Shown in pieces: positions 61,908 through 64,000 of a stretch of DNA of 64,000 bases. The stretch comes from Saprolegnia diclina VS20 (lineage: Eukaryota). The notes beneath the pieces are model-generated. The model did not search any database and was not told the DNA's origin. It saw nothing but the letters and a program-made list of their open reading frames with translations. Numbering within the stretch: the stretch's first letter is position 1; each line of letters opens with the position of its first letter. The position numbers were made by a program, and so were the translations under genes. The stretch lies in assembly GCF_000281045.1 (NCBI RefSeq), contig NW_008246079.1, forward strand, positions 511,813 through 575,812, read 5' to 3'.

Positions 61908-62128
61908 ATGGGCAACCAGACCAGCGCGCCCGTGAACGACCCCTGTGCGTCGGCCCTCGATGCGTACTTGGCGTAAGCAGATGCGATGCTACCGACGTGT
62001 GCTCATGCCCGCCATATGCAGGTGCGTCGAGAAGAAGAACCAGGAAAGCGGCGGTCTCCGCGACGGCGACGAGTGCGAAGACGAGATCAAGGCCTACAAG
62101 GACTGCCGGCAAGCGCACAAGAAGGCCA
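61908..62128 (+). CDS. Small twin-CX9C (CHCH) protein, 3' end lost in the assembly gap
   Basis: MGNQTSAPVNDPCASALDAYLA, GT-AG intron, CVEKKNQESGGLRDGDECEDEIKAYKDCRQAHKKA; two CX9C motifs. Confidence 0.75.
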
Positions 62129-62303
62129 NNNNNNNNNNNNNNNNNNNNNNNNNNNNNNNNNNNNNNNNNNNNNNNNNNNNNNNNNNNNNNNNNNNNNNNN
62201 NNNNNNNNNNNNNNNNNNNNNNNNNNNNNNNNNNNNNNNNNNNNNNNNNNNNNNNNNNNNNNNNNNNNNNNNNNNNNNNNNNNNNNNNNNNNNNNNNNNN
62301 NNN
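62129..62303. other. Assembly gap, 175 N
   Basis: Run of n characters. Confidence 1.
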
Positions 62304-62441
62304 CGATTGAGCCTTGTCCATCGCGCGTCCCGACACTGGTCCTGGCGCTTCTTGTGTGCATGGTGCCATAACGGCGCGGGACGCAGGCATCTCGATAGAC
62401 ATATATATATTGAGGATGATGTTGGCGGATGACGTTGCCTT

Positions 62442-62837
62442 TTATGCTTGGACGACGCTGGGTATGGTTTCGTAGCTACTATTGTTGCTGTAATGGTACG
62501 TACTGGTCACGTTGGAGAGGCCGCGGCTCCCGCGCGAGTTGGTGTTTGCACGCGGTCGCCGTACGCGGAGGTTCTCAGCGAGGAACGCATCGGGCACCGG
62601 AATCGCTTCCAGCGACCCGGCGCGTGGGCGCTTCTTGGCTTTGCCCATGTAGCCATGCGCCTCGGTGGACTTGGCGAGGTACTCGGACTCGAGCGCGCTG
62701 GCGCTGGCGTCGAGGTACATCGTCAGGTGGTCGCCAGCCGCGGTCATCTTGCGCCTCTTCAGATCTGCCTCGTCGGCCTCCACGCCACTGGCGCCTGGAC
62801 ACCATGCGCACGCGGGCGATCCCTGTACCGCGCCCAT
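62442..62837 (-). CDS. Hypothetical protein, boundaries uncertain
   Basis: 131-aa ORF with coding-like core (EADLKRRKM...KKRPRAGSLE); no family recognised. Confidence 0.4.
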   Translation of the reverse strand: MGAVQGSPACAWCPGASGVEADEADLKRRKMTAAGDHLTMYLDASASALESEYLAKSTEAHGYMGKAKKRPRAGSLEAIPVPDAFLAENLRVRRPRANTNSRGSRGLSNVTSTYHYSNNSSYETIPSVVQA

Positions 62838-63095
62838 GCCCGCTTCCGGACCGTCACTTCAATGGGCGAATATGGTACCGACCTGCGGTGCCCCGGGGCC
62901 CACATGGATCGCTAGCATATAGTGTGGGATTGCATGTACACTATATTCAGTACATCTTACCAGTGATCTCACCACAACTCACGAACCTCGAGAGCTCGTT
63001 GTGCCACGTGTCTGTACCCTGAGTGACGAAACACTCGTTGACATTAGAATCTCTACCCAACGACTTGCTGTGGCAACTCGCCTCGCCCACTGCCG

Positions 63096-63925
63096 CATGA
63101 CCAAAAGCTGCTTGCAGCCGACCACGCCACATCGATTGGGACGAGCGCTGGAGGAACGTCGCCTGTCCGCACCAGCACCGCGACTGTAGCGACCTGGATT
63201 TGCCTCGTCCGGCGCCCAAGCTCACTACGCTGCTGCAGCAACTCGACAACGCGGCGAGACAAAGTCGGTCGTGACGTCAGCAACTCGCCGCCACCTCGCT
63301 CGGCCTATCACGCCTTTTCTTGGGCGTACCAAGTCTGTGGTCAAGAACCTCGACGTCGACGATATTCTCGACCACGTCAGTGTCAAGGAGCTCGTCATGG
63401 ACGTGTCCAACCAGACAATTCGCCGCAGATGCGCACGCGAGATTTTTCGCGCTACGCCGGTCAAGCACAGCGATGAAGAGCTACGAGGCGTCGGTCCAGC
63501 GCTCCATCCAAGCGAAGGAGTTCGAGGTGCCGGAGCCTTCGTCTCGAGCCCAAGGGCAGCAGGCGACCGTCGACATTACATGGTTCAAGGAGGCCCGAAA
63601 GCGCCGGCGCAACGAGCCGGACGTGGCTCTTTCACGTCGACCCAAGCGACAGACTAGCGATCACTCACGCGACGATCGCAAGTCAGGGCTCCTCGAAGAC
63701 GTGTCACTTCACGATGGTGTCGCGGCAGCAGACCAAGATCAAGGCTATCAACGACCGCCAGGGCGCAGCCATGGCACGTCTCGAGGCCGATGCCAGCTTC
63801 CAAGCGACTGTGCTGCCTTGTACGTCAACGGCGCGCTTGCGCCCACAAGTTTGCTTCGAAACACTGGCTTGACGGTGGAGATGACGACCAAGTGCTGGTG
63901 CCGACTCCCACGCATTCAGGCGTAG
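63096..63925 (+). pseudogene. Possible decayed gene
   Basis: Protein-like text alternates between frames (KSVVKNLDVDDILDHVSVKELVMDVS in one, MKSYEASVQRSIQAKEFEVPE in another) with stops and no obvious intron fix. Confidence 0.25.
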
Positions 63926-64000
63926 CGCTATGTATGCGACGTCTACGTGCAATAACGAAGATAACGCGGACCACGTTCGTATATATTTACAATATATAGT

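Overview
Gene-dense eukaryotic DNA, most likely an oomycete of the Saprolegniales (inferred from GC-rich coding sequence, ~45-65 nt GT-AG introns, CCAAT and Inr/FPR-like promoter elements, and flagellar genes; the species cannot be fixed from sequence). I read about 26 protein-coding genes. Recognisable ones are CFAP99, pescadillo, DHX37, an SLC25A51-like carrier, RPAIN, alanyl-tRNA synthetase, ALG13, a tesmin/LIN54-type CRC protein, an EDR2-like PH-START protein, a kinesin, VPS13, a PhoD phosphatase, TACO1/YebC, alpha-tubulin acetyltransferase, Tat-SF1 and a twin-CX9C protein cut by a 175-nt N gap. I found no rRNA, tRNA, CRISPR array or intact mobile element, and no convincing multi-gene novel system. 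The best leads are unusual protein architectures (CRC plus F-box under an E2F/CCAAT-rich promoter, a START domain with an inserted hydrophobic hairpin, A20-like/TAZ/PWWP, PDZ plus SCAB1-like Ig-PH, CUE plus DUF1917-like, a disordered protein with a PNUTS-like PP1 motif) and very tight gene packing. All family calls come from motif recognition by eye with no database search, and exon boundaries were read manually.
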